Below the pieces are notes generated by a model. It had not been told where the DNA came from and ran no database searches. It worked only from the letters and a program-made list of their open reading frames with translations. The position numbers and the translations under genes were made by a program. Shown here one piece after another: positions 62,867-64,000 of a stretch of 64,000 nucleotides of DNA (its first letter is position 1; every line of letters begins with the position of its first letter). This DNA is from Tubiluchus corallicola (taxonomy: Eukaryota; Animalia; Priapulida), in contig JAQGDQ010000077.1 of NCBI GenBank assembly GCA_030141605.1, positions 558,001-622,000 of the forward strand, read 5' to 3'.

Positions 62867-64000
62867 AATAATAAAAATGTGATAAGATTGCTCCTCTCAC
62901 TGTGTTTAGTAAATCTTCAAGATAACGATAGTTACTTAATGTTAAGTACACAATATGCAATTGTTTATAACAGCACATACCAGAGTTAAATATTTGAGAC
63001 AGACAGCCATTACGTATCGTGTAATACACATGCAGCTTTCTTTCACATTTAACGTTGCTTTCTGTCAGCGGTGGCTCTACTTTAAGGTTCGTTATAAAGC
63101 AATAGGAAGTACATGTAAATCTTTTCATTAATCATTATCTTCATGTTGAGGTCAATATAGTTTAGGCGTTGTAGCCCTTAAGCACCACTGAAAGGGCTAC
63201 TCTAGCAGGAGTTTTCAAAGTAAATTTAAGACAGTAATTAAAATCACATCTTTAAAGAATTAATGTGAAATGTAAGGAGTACCTGTAGTTTCCGTAAAAA
63301 CTGTTTATCTCCCCAAGAAAATAGGAATTAATAACCCTACTAAGAGGAAAGATGGGCGTGCTGATTTTTTTTCTGATATTGGAGAAGCCCTTAATGTTAA
63401 ATTGCGGTGAAATCAAGAAGTCTTCGTTAGCTTTACAGAAATTCTATAAAGTAGCTTAGTGGATAAGCTGCATGATTTTCTAGTAACACGGAAAACGTGT
63501 ATTTTAGTAAAAAAACATAACGATGGTAGTGTTGTCTCACAAGTACCGTACTGTCTATCAATTCAGCAATAGTGAGTGGAGTCGAAAATTAATGGGTTGG
63601 TTTGTTACATGTTAGAGTTACAGGTGACTGCATTTCATCGTGCTGCCAGTGCTAGTGGAATTAATTGATGTCACGTTGTCGTCGTCGTCATCCATATGTC
63701 GTTGTTAAGTCGTTATCGTCGTTACCGCTGCTACTGTTTTTCTTGCTTTTACGGCGACCAGTTAACTTCAGCACTGTGGTTATTCTTAATTAAACTTCGT
63801 TATAAATAGGGGATTGTCGTCGTCACAGGAAAATGTTAGAACAGTATTCTTGTGCGACTAAAATGACTATCAAGAGAAGATGACTTCACACACGCAGAAT
63901 ATCACAACTTCACATAGAATACCTAAAGTCGAGTAGTCCACTTCAAAATACAATCGTTGCTCCTGTATAACACGTATATCGTTGCAGTACGGCAAATGAA

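Overview
AT-rich animal (invertebrate-like) genomic DNA with GT-AG spliced genes; the ORF track's TTG/GTG starts are mostly irrelevant. Genes reconstructed by hand: (1) a 5-exon GRXCR1/CG31559-like glutaredoxin-domain cysteine-rich gene on the minus strand (32167->1157, 388 aa). Its 21.4-kb third intron hosts, antisense, (2) a TDRD12-like piRNA-pathway gene whose 2443-aa CDS is one uninterrupted exon, with a degenerate DEAD box (DNID) and an unexpected armadillo-repeat block before the CS domain. (3) A 4-exon flavin-containing monooxygenase (34420-44147, 432 aa). (4) A 4-exon UBL4A/Get5-like gene (minus, 47856->46126, 149 aa). (5) The probable first coding exon of an unidentified plus-strand gene (54588). 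(6) Two exons of an orphan Gly/Tyr/His-rich repetitive protein on the minus strand (59833->58715). Mobile DNA comprises a Sola3-like long-TIR element with TTAA TSD, a hAT MITE with perfect 8-bp TSD, several decayed CR1/L2-type LINEs, foldback-like elements, and many mini- and microsatellites. No CRISPR array, rRNA or tRNA was recognised. All identifications come from motif recognition only, with no database search.
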